From contig NC_042997.1 of assembly GCF_006345805.1 (NCBI RefSeq), positions 63,488,001-63,552,000 on the forward strand: DNA of 64,000 nucleotides. Reading direction: 5' to 3'. The DNA comes from Octopus sinensis. Taxonomy: Eukaryota. The notes under the pieces were generated by a model that had not been told where the DNA came from, did no database searches, and saw only the letters and a list, made by a program, of their open reading frames with translations. This document shows, in pieces, positions 1-11,927 of this stretch. The first letter of the stretch is position 1, and each line of letters begins with the position of its first letter. The translations under genes were made by a program, and so were the position numbers.

Positions 1-149
1 AGTTGTGTAACAACAAACAAGATGAGGACACATAGCTTTACAACATTTGCAATAATTATTAACAAGTAATAGAACAGTAAATGTGTATTTTTATATATGC
101 CTTAGACCTTGCCACCTCATTGTTTTTCTTTCCAAGAGTTAAACATCTA

Positions 150-1170
150 GCACCCACATACATACATTCAGGCATGTCAGCCACATATGTATATGTATGT
201 GTAGATGCGTGTGTGTGTTTAATAACGTACGTAATGCGGAAACGCAAACACTCTCAGGAACATAAACTCATACACTCACAAACGGATATACATTCATATA
301 CCAAGTGTGACGTCGTCGTCGTGGTATAAAATGTTTCTGAAATACACACACATACATATAATAACATAGCCACACAGAGGCATACATTCATGCATGTCAG
401 TCGATACATATGTAAATATATATGGAGATGTCTGTATAGTTAATAACGTACCTAACGCAGAAAGACACGCACATTATGAGACATATACACACTCATACAC
501 TTACACACATACACTCAAACACAGAAACTCAGTCATATACAAAATGTGATGCCGTTGCCGTCGTTGAATAAAATGTCCTATTGACAATATAAAGATTTTT
601 CTCTGACATATATTGTTTTAATCGAAATGAAAATAAAATTCCGTATTGACACTGGCCAGTCCTCACATACATATAGTAAGATAGACACACACAGACATAC
701 ATTGATGCATGTCAATCGTCAAGTATGTATATTTATGTGTAGATGAGATGTGTGTGATTAATAACGTACCGTTACATATGTATATGTATGTGTAGATGTG
801 TGCATGTTTAATAACGTACCTAACACGGAAACACATAACCTAAGCGGCATATACTCACTCATACACTCACATACATACACTCCCAGACAGATAGACAGTC
901 ATATACGAAATGTCATGTCGTTGTCATTATGGTATAAAATGACAATTGAAAGATTATCTCTATGAGGTGTTATGTTGTTTTACTCGAAATGAAAATATAA
1001 TTTCGTATTTACACTGAACAGCCCTTACATACATATAGTATGTTTAATAATGTACCTAAGGCGGAAAACACACAGGCTGTTAGACATATACACGTTCATA
1101 CACCTACACACATACAATCACTGACAGATATACAGTCACATACAAAATGTGACGTCGTCATCATCGTCGT
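150..1170. repeat. Degenerate tandem array of about four 220-360 bp units
   Basis: The anchor motif AATAA(C/T)GTAC recurs at ~221, 442, 760, 810 and 1046. Most anchors are followed by CA-rich sequence and an AA(G/A)TGT(G/C)A(C/T)G(T/C)CGT-like block. Two units carry an extra ~120-bp block (GAAATGAAAAT...CACATACATATAGTA). Confidence 0.75.
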
Positions 1171-1323
1171 GGTTAGAATTAAAATTAAACGTATAAAAGT
1201 GAAAATATATATCACATTACAATATAGATGTTATTCTTTCACTTTTGTCCTTTGACGTTTGACACGTAATACCGAGCCGGTTCCAGTGTTGCATTATTTT
1301 AAACCAAATGACATTATTGTTGC

Positions 1324-1325
<2 letters not shown>

Positions 1326-1391
<66 letters not shown>

Positions 1392-1398
1392 TTATTAT

Positions 1399-1453
<55 letters not shown>

Positions 1454-1475
1454 CATTATTATTATTATTATTATT
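1326..1475. repeat. (TTA)n microsatellite at the 3' flank of the Dong-like LINE
   Basis: Directly visible trinucleotide array. Confidence 0.97.
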
Positions 1476-3138
1476 CAGTAGTTTTATTTTTATTTTTATA
1501 GCGTGCTTTCACTTCACTACCGAGCGCAGCTCTGTGTGCCTTGGGTATGTGCTGTGATTTGTTGTGATGCTCTGATGGTTATTGTATGGAAAGTGTTCTG
1601 CGTAGGATGTGTGCAGTGCCTAGTAGTGCAATTTTCTGTATGTTATATGTGTTTGTAAGTCCTGGTGTTTTTGTTATGTATTTGTCTGAATATTTTTTTA
1701 TCATGCCTAATGCACCTACTATGATAGGAATTGTTTCTGTTTTCAGATTCCACATTCTAGTTACCTCTATTTCCAGGTCTTTGTATTTTGAGAGTTTCTC
1801 CATTTCTTTTAGAGCCACGTTGTCATCTGCCGGTACTGATACATCAATTAGAAAGCATTTCTTTTCTTCATGGTCTCTGACAACTATATCTGGTCTGTTG
1901 GCCTTAATTTCTCTATCTGTGTGTATCGGCATATCCCGTAGTATGGTTGCTTTCTCGTTTTCTGTGACCTTTTCTGGTGTGTGCCTATACCATCTTTTTT
2001 CTGTTGTTATTCCATAATGTTGGCATAGCTTCCAATGTATGTAAGTTCCAACTCTGTCATGTCTGTGAATATATTCCTTCTTAGCCAGGACTGGGCAGCT
2101 AGAGATAATATGATTTATTGTTTCTTGTCCATCTCCACATATTCTGCAGTTACTTGTTATATTTCTTTTCATTACATGTTTTTGGTAATTTCTGGTGGGG
2201 AGGCTTTGGTCTTGTGCTGCAATTAAAAATCCCTCTGTTTCTGCTTTGAGTCCTGAGCTTCTCAACCATTGCTGGGATTTTTCTTTGTCTATTTCTTTTG
2301 CGTTTAGTTTAGTCCAGTATTTACCATGAAGGGGCTTTTCTTGCCATCGTTTTATCATGGTTCGTTGCTGTTCTATTTTTAGTTTGGATTTCATTTTTTT
2401 TATAGCTTTTGTTGTTTCTTCATCTCCTTCTTCTTCTTCATGTTTATTAGGTGGTATGATTTCTTGTTTGTATTTGTCAGCTTCCTTAAATACTGAGAAC
2501 AGTTTTTTGTTTTGCTCGTGTTTTGCCGCTATCTGGATCAGTTTTCCATCCTTCTGAAGTAGATATATTTGCAGTCCTATGGTGGTTATTTTATAGTAGT
2601 TTTCCAGCTGTATAAGGCCTCTACCACCTTCTATACGTTGTATATATAGACTTTCTATGTCAGATTTTGGGTGATGCATCCTAGATCCTGTCATTATTTT
2701 TCTTGTTTTCCTGTCTATTTTGGTCAGTTCATTTCGTGTCCAGTTAAGGATATTGTAGCTGTAACTTATAACTGGGACAGCTAAAGTGTTGATACCTATT
2801 ATCTTGTTTTTAGCATTGAGCTCTGTGTTTAGTATTGATCTAACTCGTCTATAATATTCTTTTTTTATTTTCTCTTTCATTTGTGTGTGTTGTGTCTTAT
2901 CTAGTTCATGGATTCCTAAGTATTTGTAAGTTTGGCTTTGGTCTAATTCTTTTATTTCATTTGCTTTATCTAGTGTGATGTTGTTACTCTTAACTAGTTT
3001 TCCTCTTTTCATGGTTACTTTGGCGCATTTTTCTAATCCAAATTTCATATCTATTTCTTTGGTAAATCCATGAACTGTCTTTAATAGTGTTTCCAGCTGT
3101 TTGTCATTTGCAGCGTATAGTTTTAGGTCATCCATATA
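1476..3138 (-). mobile_element. 5'-truncated R4/Dong-clade non-LTR retrotransposon (RT C-terminus, zinc knuckle, RLE endonuclease) inserted in (TAA)n
   Basis: Starts at the RT catalytic motif YMDDLKLYA. Carries CRICGDGQETINHIISSC (CCHC), RHDRV, and PDIVV..LIDVSVP..K (PD-(D/E)xK RLE). A ~100-bp 3' UTR follows, and TAA arrays flank both sides. Bombyx Dong is known to target TAA repeats. Confidence 0.92.
1579..3135 (-). CDS. Uninterrupted 518-aa C-terminal half of an R4/Dong polyprotein (partial, not a host gene)
   Basis: ORF track 1579..3135 has no stops. The Met is the M of YMDD, so this is a truncation and not a true start. Confidence 0.85.
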   Translation of the reverse strand: MDDLKLYAANDKQLETLLKTVHGFTKEIDMKFGLEKCAKVTMKRGKLVKSNNITLDKANEIKELDQSQTYKYLGIHELDKTQHTQMKEKIKKEYYRRVRSILNTELNAKNKIIGINTLAVPVISYSYNILNWTRNELTKIDRKTRKIMTGSRMHHPKSDIESLYIQRIEGGRGLIQLENYYKITTIGLQIYLLQKDGKLIQIAAKHEQNKKLFSVFKEADKYKQEIIPPNKHEEEEGDEETTKAIKKMKSKLKIEQQRTMIKRWQEKPLHGKYWTKLNAKEIDKEKSQQWLRSSGLKAETEGFLIAAQDQSLPTRNYQKHVMKRNITSNCRICGDGQETINHIISSCPVLAKKEYIHRHDRVGTYIHWKLCQHYGITTEKRWYRHTPEKVTENEKATILRDMPIHTDREIKANRPDIVVRDHEEKKCFLIDVSVPADDNVALKEMEKLSKYKDLEIEVTRMWNLKTETIPIIVGALGMIKKYSDKYITKTPGLTNTYNIQKIALLGTAHILRRTLSIQ

Positions 3139-3897
3139 TTATTATTATTATTATTATTATTATTGTTGTTGTTGTTGTTCTTGTTCTTCTTGGTAATGCT
3201 TTTTCGTAGCATATAGTATTCGAATTGCATTCATAAATACCAATATAATGTGTATCACATGTATGTAGGCATGTACGTATGTATTTACGTATGTATGTAT
3301 ATATGCAAGTATTTACTCGAGGTTTCTCTGAGTTCTATCTAAGTTCTTCTTAAGACAGTTCAAGCTGAAGAAAGTTGCCGGTGTTTGTAAATATTACGCC
3401 CAGTTGTGTTGGCTGCGCTGTCAAAGTACACCCCCAAGTGTGTGCGTCTATTCATTTAAACTATCTGAGAGTTGAGAAACTTTGGGATGTCTTACAAATC
3501 TAAAATGTACCGCTAATAGATTTGGTTTGGGTAATCAGCGTTAATTTCTTTTCCTTTTTCGTTGAAAACGTCGTATAACTACGTTTTTGTGTAACTTTCA
3601 TGGCTGGTACATAGCATAATGCACATATGACCTTGGGTACCAATGAGAATTTTATAGTCAGAGTAAAAAAACTGTAATTTGTGCATTAAATCATCATAAA
3701 TGTATGTATATATGTTTGTATGTATGTATATATGTATGTAAGCATGTATGTATGTATGTATGTACGTATGTTTACAGGCAAGAATGCATGTTTGCATGCA
3801 TTTATGCATGTGTGTTATACACATATAGATATACTTATATATATATGCATAAATATATGTGTATATATATATAAGTATATCTATCTATTGCTCTCTC

Positions 3898-4068
<171 letters not shown>

Positions 4069-5538
4069 GATGTGAGAGAGAAAGGGATACAGAGAGGAAT
4101 TGGGGGACATAGAGAACATACACTAATTAAAATACCGATGTCAATATCAATACGGTAGCGTAAAAATGGCGCATTCCCGCTAATGTTTGTGTATATGTTT
4201 GTTTGTCTGTTTATGTATGTATGTGTGTGTTGATGAGAAGGCTTATTTTAATATGTGTATCCAAGAATGTGTATGTCTGTGCACTTGTGAACGGGTATTT
4301 GGTTGAGATCTGTGGGATGTGTGTGTGCTTGTTATTGCGTGTTTTTGTATGTATTTGTTTCGAGGCTGCCTGCGAATATTTGAATTCGTTTCTATGCGTA
4401 GGAAGGAAAAGAAATAAAATTACTTGATGCTATCTGTTCAGAGTGTATCTTTGTTATTTTGTGTACATATTTATCATGTGTTAACTGTGATAACTGCATG
4501 AGTAGATCAATGATATCAACTGACATCTATATGCGGGGAAAATACTCCAACTTCTCACAAGTATTTGAAATCTGTTCATTGAGAAAGTCGATTGCTGCAA
4601 CTGATCTTACATTTGTAATGACTTACTGTACGCTATCTCGGTTCTCTCTAAACTAGAATTTGTATATCTTCTATATCTAATCGTAATTTTTTTTATATTA
4701 CTTTCTATTACAGTGTCGTACAGTATACAGATAAGAAAGTAATCGCGCAGAAATCGATATGCTATACCCCTTTTGGCTTAAGAGAAAACCCAAGATTCAA
4801 TTGGAATCTATATATTATTGCTACGGAAATCAGCTTCATGTACATACAGAAAAAATGCTATTTCCGAATGGTATATAATTATATGCACCCAGTGAATTTG
4901 ATGTTTACAGTAAAAGACAGAAACTGGCAGATACTAAAAAGAAAATAAGAGAAAGAGTGAGTGGGAGAAGGACAGAGGAGAAAGTGTTATTCCCCATCAA
5001 AATGCTACTGAATTTCGGAGAGAATTTATTCAAGTTCTAACTGGTAGAATAGAAAAGAGAAAGAAAAGGAAAAAAAAAACCAAATCCCAATCTATATAAG
5101 CAAGCGCATCTCATTACCAAACAGATGAAGTTCCGAAGTTACCATTTAATCAATAACATAGCAGGAGACAGCTTCGGCTAGAGCTCAAGTCTGTTGAACA
5201 TTGTGAATATTTCAATAAAACTACGTCATTCGAACAGATGCGAAAGGTCTTTTGTTCATTAGATATACATAGATTATTATACCAGTTATTTAATTATCTG
5301 CTTCAAATACTATATAGGTGTTAACATTGTGCAAACAACGGATGAAGTTCATTATTTTTGATAACAATAATATATATCATGGCAATACTCATATTTATAT
5401 GTTTGTACATATGGTATGTATGATACACACACGCACAGACACTGATACAGACATATACATATATATATATGACATACATATAACGATATACATTTATATG
5501 ATATCTATGTATCTATGTATCTATCTATCTATCTATCA

Positions 5539-5601
<63 letters not shown>

Positions 5602-5610
5602 ATATAATAC

Positions 5611-5986
5611 AAAACTACGGCACTCCGTCGGTTACGACGACGAGGTTTCCTGTTGATCCAATCAACGGAACAGCCTCCTCGTAAAATTTACGCGCAAGTG
5701 GTTAAGTACTCCACAGACACGTGTATCCTTAACATAGTTCTCGGAGGGATTCAGCATGACACAGAGTGTGCCAAGGCTGGCCCTTTGAAATACAGGTACG
5801 ACAGAAACAAGAAAAAAGGGTGAAAGAAAATTGTGGTGAAAGTGTACAAAATGGTTCACCACCCAACCTGCCGGAGCCTCGTAGAACTTTATGTGTTTTC
5901 GCTCAATAAACACTCACAATGCCGGTCTGAGAATCGAAACCACGACAGCGAGTCGGCTGCCCTAACCACTGGGCGATTGCGCCTCC
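5611..5986 (-). mobile_element. tRNA-headed SINE, family C variant
   Basis: The reverse strand has a tRNA-like head with A/B-box-like motifs (CAGTGGTTAGGGCAG..GGTTTCGATTC). Its 3' ~190 bp is homologous to the 41313 SINE (TTTCAAAGGG.CAGCCTTG...CGTCGTCGTAACC); the central segment differs. Confidence 0.8.
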
Positions 5987-6031
5987 ACACACACACACAA
6001 ATATATATATATATATGTACAAAAGCACACA

Positions 6032-6055
6032 TATTATTATTATTATTATTATTAC

Positions 6056-6106
<51 letters not shown>

Positions 6107-6129
6107 TATTATTATTATCATTATTACTA

Positions 6130-6215
<86 letters not shown>
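6032..6215. repeat. (TTA)n microsatellite
   Basis: Directly visible. Confidence 0.97.
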
Positions 6216-6747
6216 GAGTGAGAGAGCAGTGCATGCCATCAAAGTGACACTGGGGTAAAATATACGAAGCCCAATATACCCATCATGACTACCCGTCTGA
6301 TAAAGGTACACCAGGCACATGCATCACAACCATATGTGCGCGACATGGTGATCTCATATCAAGATAAACAGCACATGACCTTGCAGGTGGGGCCCAGTTA
6401 GAATTTTCTTCAGGTTGAGAAGCCCATCCCACTCAAAAGGTCTCTGAATAAGGGTTGTTTAAGGATGTTGAAAGAACCACCCATGTTTCCAGAGGTGAAT
6501 TATTCAAACCCCAAAGAATCTCTCTCAACACATGGCTATGATGCTCCCCCACTACTTCTGCTCGTGATCAGAGATGCACATATCGTCAGCCACTAAGGGA
6601 CATGTTCAACTGGTTAAGGTCAAACAACTGACAAGCAAATCTGTGGTATTGAGCAGAATATTTGCTGTAGCCCATCTTTTATACCAAGATAAAACAATGT
6701 ACATGATAACACTTCCAATCAGTTAAGATCAGAAGCCATGAGAGCCA
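6216..6747 (-). mobile_element. ~530-bp non-coding interspersed element flanked by (TAA)n (family E, copy 1)
   Basis: Collinear homologue at 28385-28902 and an inverted partial copy at 30817-30921. All three copies sit in TAA arrays. Strand is inferred from the end retained in the truncated copy. Confidence 0.8.
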
Positions 6748-6768
6748 ATATTATTATTATTATTATTA

Positions 6769-6822
<54 letters not shown>

Positions 6823-6825
6823 CAA

Positions 6826-6925
6826 GGGAGCGAGGTGGCAGAATCGTTAGCACACCGGTCATGATGCTTAGCGGCATTTAGTCAGTATTTACCTCTTGAG
6901 TTCAGGGGTCGACATTGCCTTTCAT
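6826..6925 (+). mobile_element. SINE family A, 5' fragment
   Basis: GGGAGCGAGGTGGCAGAATCGTTAGCAC...GTCGACATTGCCTTTCAT matches the head of the 24736 copy. Confidence 0.75.
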
Positions 6926-7960
6926 GTATGTAAGTATCTATGCAGTTATGTATGTGTATATATCCTTTCATCATTATTTCGCAGAGAACCTAGAGAAACT
7001 TTATATCGAACCGCCGTGAGAGAGAGAGAGAGAGAGAGCGAGAGACAGACAGACATACAGAGATAGAGAGAGAAAGAGAAAGAAAGAAAGGGATAGTTAC
7101 ATAGAGATAGAGAGAGAGATTTTGATTTTGATTTTGATAACAATCGAGAATGAGCAGATATATAATTTCGCTTGCTAATAAGCCCAGGGCAAACATATAT
7201 ACATGCATACACACACACACACACATTCGCCCACATGCATGTACGTGTCTGCGTATGTTTACGTGTGCGCGAGTGTATAATAAATATCACCTACTAAAAT
7301 GTAAATAACACTAAGACATACAAAGCAACATTGTACATGCTAATTTGCAGCTTTAACTTAGGACTCTTTGTTGGATGTCTCTCAGAACTTTTAGTTTAAT
7401 ATGCAGTTAGCTCTTTTCAAAGATTCCTACATTGGACTGATACTTAATACAGCAATCGCGTGCATGTGTAATGTTGCCAACGTGATAACTTTGATAAATC
7501 TAGTATATATATGAATCGAAGAGCAACATTATTTACCAATGATTCGGAATATCAGAAAGAAGGCAAGCGTGACGACTCAACGCATTGAATTTAAAGAGCT
7601 TCTTCAAATAAAATGAGGGAAAATGTAGTTTGATCTTCTGTATTTGGAGCTATCTGTATTTTGTTCTTCCAGAATTTCATAATATGAAATGAATAAACAA
7701 TACTAAAACCGAAGGAATCAACTTTGGTATATCATCGCATAGGGAATAAACTGCAAGTTAGCTGTTTACATAGTTAATGTAAGTACGGGTAATTTAAATA
7801 TTAATGCCGCGAGCAGGATTTAATTATTCTAGAATAGAACTGTACCAAAAAAAGCTAATGGCTTCCAATCATGATTAACAAAATCTTGAAAAATCTTAAC
7901 GTACCTGATTCATAATAATAATAGGCAGGGGAAGGAGATAAAATACAACTCAATATATCG

Positions 7961-8164
7961 ATTTCAAATTTTGGCACAAGGCCAGTAATTCGGAGAAGTA
8001 AGTCGATTACATCGACTCTAGTACTCAACTAGGACTTATTTTATCGAACACGAAAGTATAAAATGCAAAGTCTATCTCGGTGAGATTTGAACTCAGATGG
8101 TGAAGACGGACGAAATATCGCTAAGCATTTTGCCCGGTGTGCTAACGGTTCTGCAAGCTCACCG
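7961..8164 (-). mobile_element. SINE family A
   Basis: Reverse-complement homology to 24736-24900, with the alternative tail ...CCTTGTGCCAAAATTTGAAAT. Confidence 0.8.
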
Positions 8165-8473
8165 TTACACTATATCTTAATATATCAACGCATAAATAAT
8201 TCAATGCAGAATTTCAATAGAATTTGAATTTATAGTGTAAGAAACAAGACATGACTAAAAGTAACACGTTATTTAATTCACTTGTCTAGTGTTGTAGGGT
8301 GGATTGTCATATACTTTAGTGTGTCGAATAAAATGCCTTGTGATATTTATTCCAATTTATTCCAGCTCGTTGCATTGTGAAATCAAATACCGTTTTAATC
8401 AATTTTATCTTTCGCCCTCCAAGACTTGTAAAATATACTGAATACCAAGAACTGTGACTCAGTTAACTGATAT

Positions 8474-8509
<36 letters not shown>

Positions 8510-9699
8510 ACACACACACACACATACACACACACGTAAACCAACAGTATCAAAAGTATAACACAAAAATAAAATCTTAATACATTACCTAAACGCTTTA
8601 CAATCCCAAAGAACGTTGATGTCTTAAAATGCAAAGCAATTTTGACTACAGTAGGATCTGAAATCAGAATGTACAGAGTCGTCCCTCAATAAAGTACTTC
8701 ATAAATACAATGTTACTTCATAGCTGGCTTTAAAGATTTGAAAATACTGCTATTCAAATATTTGCACTGACACTTACTAAATTTAAAACATTTGAATTTC
8801 AATTTTCTGTTGTTATCATTCTTTTGGCCTTATGTAATTCAAAAAGGGGGCTAATGCATTTGAAAAATGCAACTCCTTGAAAAATCCTTTCTTTTCAAAA
8901 ATTTTTTTTCGGATTTCGGAGATTACGAATATGCAAAATAGAATTTTTAAATTTTTGAGAGATCGTAGCGAATTGACGAACATATGTAAATCGAAATTAA
9001 ATACAGAGAAAAACATTAAAATGGAAAGAATTCGCGTTTTACTTTTGTTTACCCTAAATAATCGTAAATAATAATATAATGTAAATTAAGTATACACCAT
9101 TTAAAAAAATTATTTGCATGTATCTCAGTAATAAATACAATGCATCGATACACAAAGCAGAAGAATATATTGATGACTGTACCTCTCGGTATATCACTTC
9201 AAATTTCCACTTCAAAACTTTCTTCTATAGCGATCTGAAGACTTTTAATCAAAATTATCCCTCACACATTTTTATGAAGTCGTTTGTAGCAGGATGTAAT
9301 AGGATACGAAAACAAAAATAAAATGTTGTAAGAAAATGTTTGCTTCGCATTCATACTTTAATTTTGAAAAAATTCATGCTGTTTGTTCCTTCTCGCGTTA
9401 TACCTGGCTCATAAGGCCCTTTTTTCTGGTTTCATTGACGCATAGGTTCCCCCACCTGGACGTATATGTAAATTTAACGTATAGGTTTCCCACTTTTCTC
9501 GCGGCACTAACCATTAGATCATGTGCCTCCGCGAAAAAATTATGACAAAACAAAACTGTTAAATCCGTCGTCTCTTATACATTGTAAAGGTATTAGGATA
9601 CTTGGAAAGCTGATATATGATGAAGAATGGGGGGTGGAGAAAAATCTTGAATGTTTATTGTGACAAGGTTATCATTTAAATGCGGTTTCGTTTGAATAT

Positions 9700-10750
9700 T
9701 ACTATTTTACTTGTTTCAGCCATGCGGCTGTAGTTATGCTTGAGTACCAACGTGGTCTTTGTCACTTCTTCAGTCTGGGTGTTTCACATCCACTCCTGCA
9801 TAATTGTGTTTGATTCCGCAGCCCCCGTTTGTACCTCATTTCGGGCTGTTGGTTCATTCGGCATTGTGGAGAGGAGGATGCCTAATTCTTTTATGAAGAC
9901 ATCTACTTCTAACTTATGCAAATTTCTCAAATTTGTGGCAGGGCATTGAAAAGCCGTGGGCCTTTGGACTCTAGACTATTGCAATACCCAGTCCTGAATT
10001 TAGATGGAGTGGACGGTACTTTTGGTACAATGCAATGACGGCCAGTTCTGGCATTTGTATAACTCTGAAGTTAGGTACTAGCCCTTCTAGAATTTTCCAT
10101 ATGTATATTATTGCATATCTGTCACGCCTTCGCTCCAAGGAGTAAAGCTGTAGTTTTCTCAGCCTATCCCTATAGCTCATTCACTGCACTGTTTCAATCT
10201 TTTTAGTGTGGTTGCGTTGGACTGCTTCAAGCTCCGCTGTTAGTTTGGCACTATGCGGTGACCATAACTGGGAACAGTAGTCCAGGCGGTCGTGAGCAAA
10301 GGTTCTCCACTGGGTCAACATACTTTTTTCATCTCTTGTCTTGAAAGACCTCAGTATCCATCGTGCCAGTTGTCTGCATTTTTCTGCCATCTTACTTATG
10401 TGCATATGAAATGATGCGTCATTGCACATGCTGATCCCCAAGACTTTCACTGCCTATGACTCTTCGGTTGTAGTGTATTGTACTGTATTTGTACTGAGTT
10501 TATATTGCAGTGCTTGAAATTTTCCAGCATTAAACTGAATGTTGTTTATTTCGGCCCACTTGTATATTGAGTTCAGGTCCCGCTGTAAGCTTGTAATATA
10601 CTCTTGGTTTTTTAATTGCTTGTGATAATTTTGTGTCATCGGCAGAGCTAGTCACAGTGGCTGTCCGAGTGACTGTGGGAATGTCTAAGAGGCTATTATT
10701 AACAGTAATAGTCCCAGAACAGTTCCCTTTTGAAAGCGATACATTTCTCA
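9700..10750 (-). mobile_element. Degenerate CR1/L2-group LINE 3' fragment (RT C-terminal half to 3' end)
   Basis: Frameshifted RT motifs (GTV..LLLI, SADDTKL, LQRDLNSIYKWAE, RLDYCSQLWSPH, YSLERRRDRYAIIYIWKILEGLVPN) followed by a short 3' UTR. Confidence 0.85.
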
Positions 10751-10989
10751 TACTGCAGTAAGAAAGGTAATAGCTTGGCTGAATTTTAAATAATAGCACT
10801 GCTTTATTATTATACAATTCTTATGATGATCACAAGAAAATCGTTAATTTATAATTATCTAACATGAAGTGAGGCGATAAAATTTCAGAGTTTACTTGCT
10901 GCAATCAATATAGTTACCTTTCGATTGCTTAAACCGTTAACTCTACTATGAAACTGTCTATGTGTGTCGAATGATATTCAATATATACT

Positions 10990-11380
10990 ACTTCTCAAAC
11001 ACTTCTCAAACAAGTATCCACAAATCCAATGCTTCTCGTTCGATTTCATTGGATAAAGTAGTTGAGAATCACATCTTCTGAATGAGATGTTTGCCTACTG
11101 CTGCAAGTGGTTTTTTTCACAGCGAAGATCAATGATCGCAGAGTAAATAAATGATCGATCCATCAACTCTGCAAAACTGGATTCATGTTGTATTTGTTGG
11201 TTCGCTTAAGATCAACCATGAGCCACACTAATGTTGATCAGACATAGTTATTCTAATGCCTCTATCCAGGTATCCGGTTATATTTGAGTGATACTGCCTT
11301 ATCCAATTTATCTTACTCACTTTACGGTAGTGGGACGTAATTTCAATGGACATGGCTACACTTCTGGCGTAAGAAAACCG
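10990..11380 (-). mobile_element. Highly decayed LINE RT remnant (possibly RTE-like)
   Basis: Minus-strand translation gives IDHLFTLRSLI and EIEREALDLW, resembling the RT motifs IDHIFTLR and FDSI.REALW. Many stops. Confidence 0.4.
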
Positions 11381-11562
11381 ACGCACATTTTCTATGTTTG
11401 TTTTGTTAGTACTTATATACAATGTTTCAATGCTAGTTAGGTTTCGTTTGTTGACTCGTGGCTGTACACCGAATGCGATCCACGAAAGTCTATACGGATC
11501 GCATTCGCTACACAAACTAAACCAAACCAGACCTAACTAGCTAGGAAACCTTGTATATAAGT

Positions 11563-11630
<68 letters not shown>

Positions 11631-11927
11631 ATATCATGACTGCTACTTTTGGCCCTTTACAGTCGCTGGCAATATATATGTATACAATTGTGTGCGTTGG
11701 CTGTAGCATCAGTGAACTTTAGTTCTTATTTCTAGCATTGTATGTGTTTTAACACCCTTATCGTATTTAATAACATTTATAGTTTTCCTTTTTGGTGATA
11801 AATTGCTAAACATCTTCATAATTATATATATTGACAATCTAAAAGTCTTGAAAGGGGTGCTATTTTTTTTTTTGATCCACTAGAAATATATTGATGTGAT
11901 AAAAACATACATGATATATACAAAATT

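Noticed and set aside
150-1170. CRISPR-like array
   Set aside because: Eukaryotic context; units are degenerate along their whole length, with no constant repeat/unique spacer pattern and no cas genes.
1586-2557. Plus-strand ORFs overlapping the Dong ORF (likewise 18149..19002, 25905..26204, 28968..29234, 35803..36085)
   Set aside because: Antisense or shadow frames of TE coding sequence.
4165-4175. YY1-like AAAATGGCG promoter motif
   Set aside because: A single short motif, expected by chance, with no associated gene.
10990-11230. GIY-YIG remnant suggested by AVGKHL
   Set aside because: Another frame gives better RT motifs (IDHLFTLR), so it was annotated as a decayed RT.
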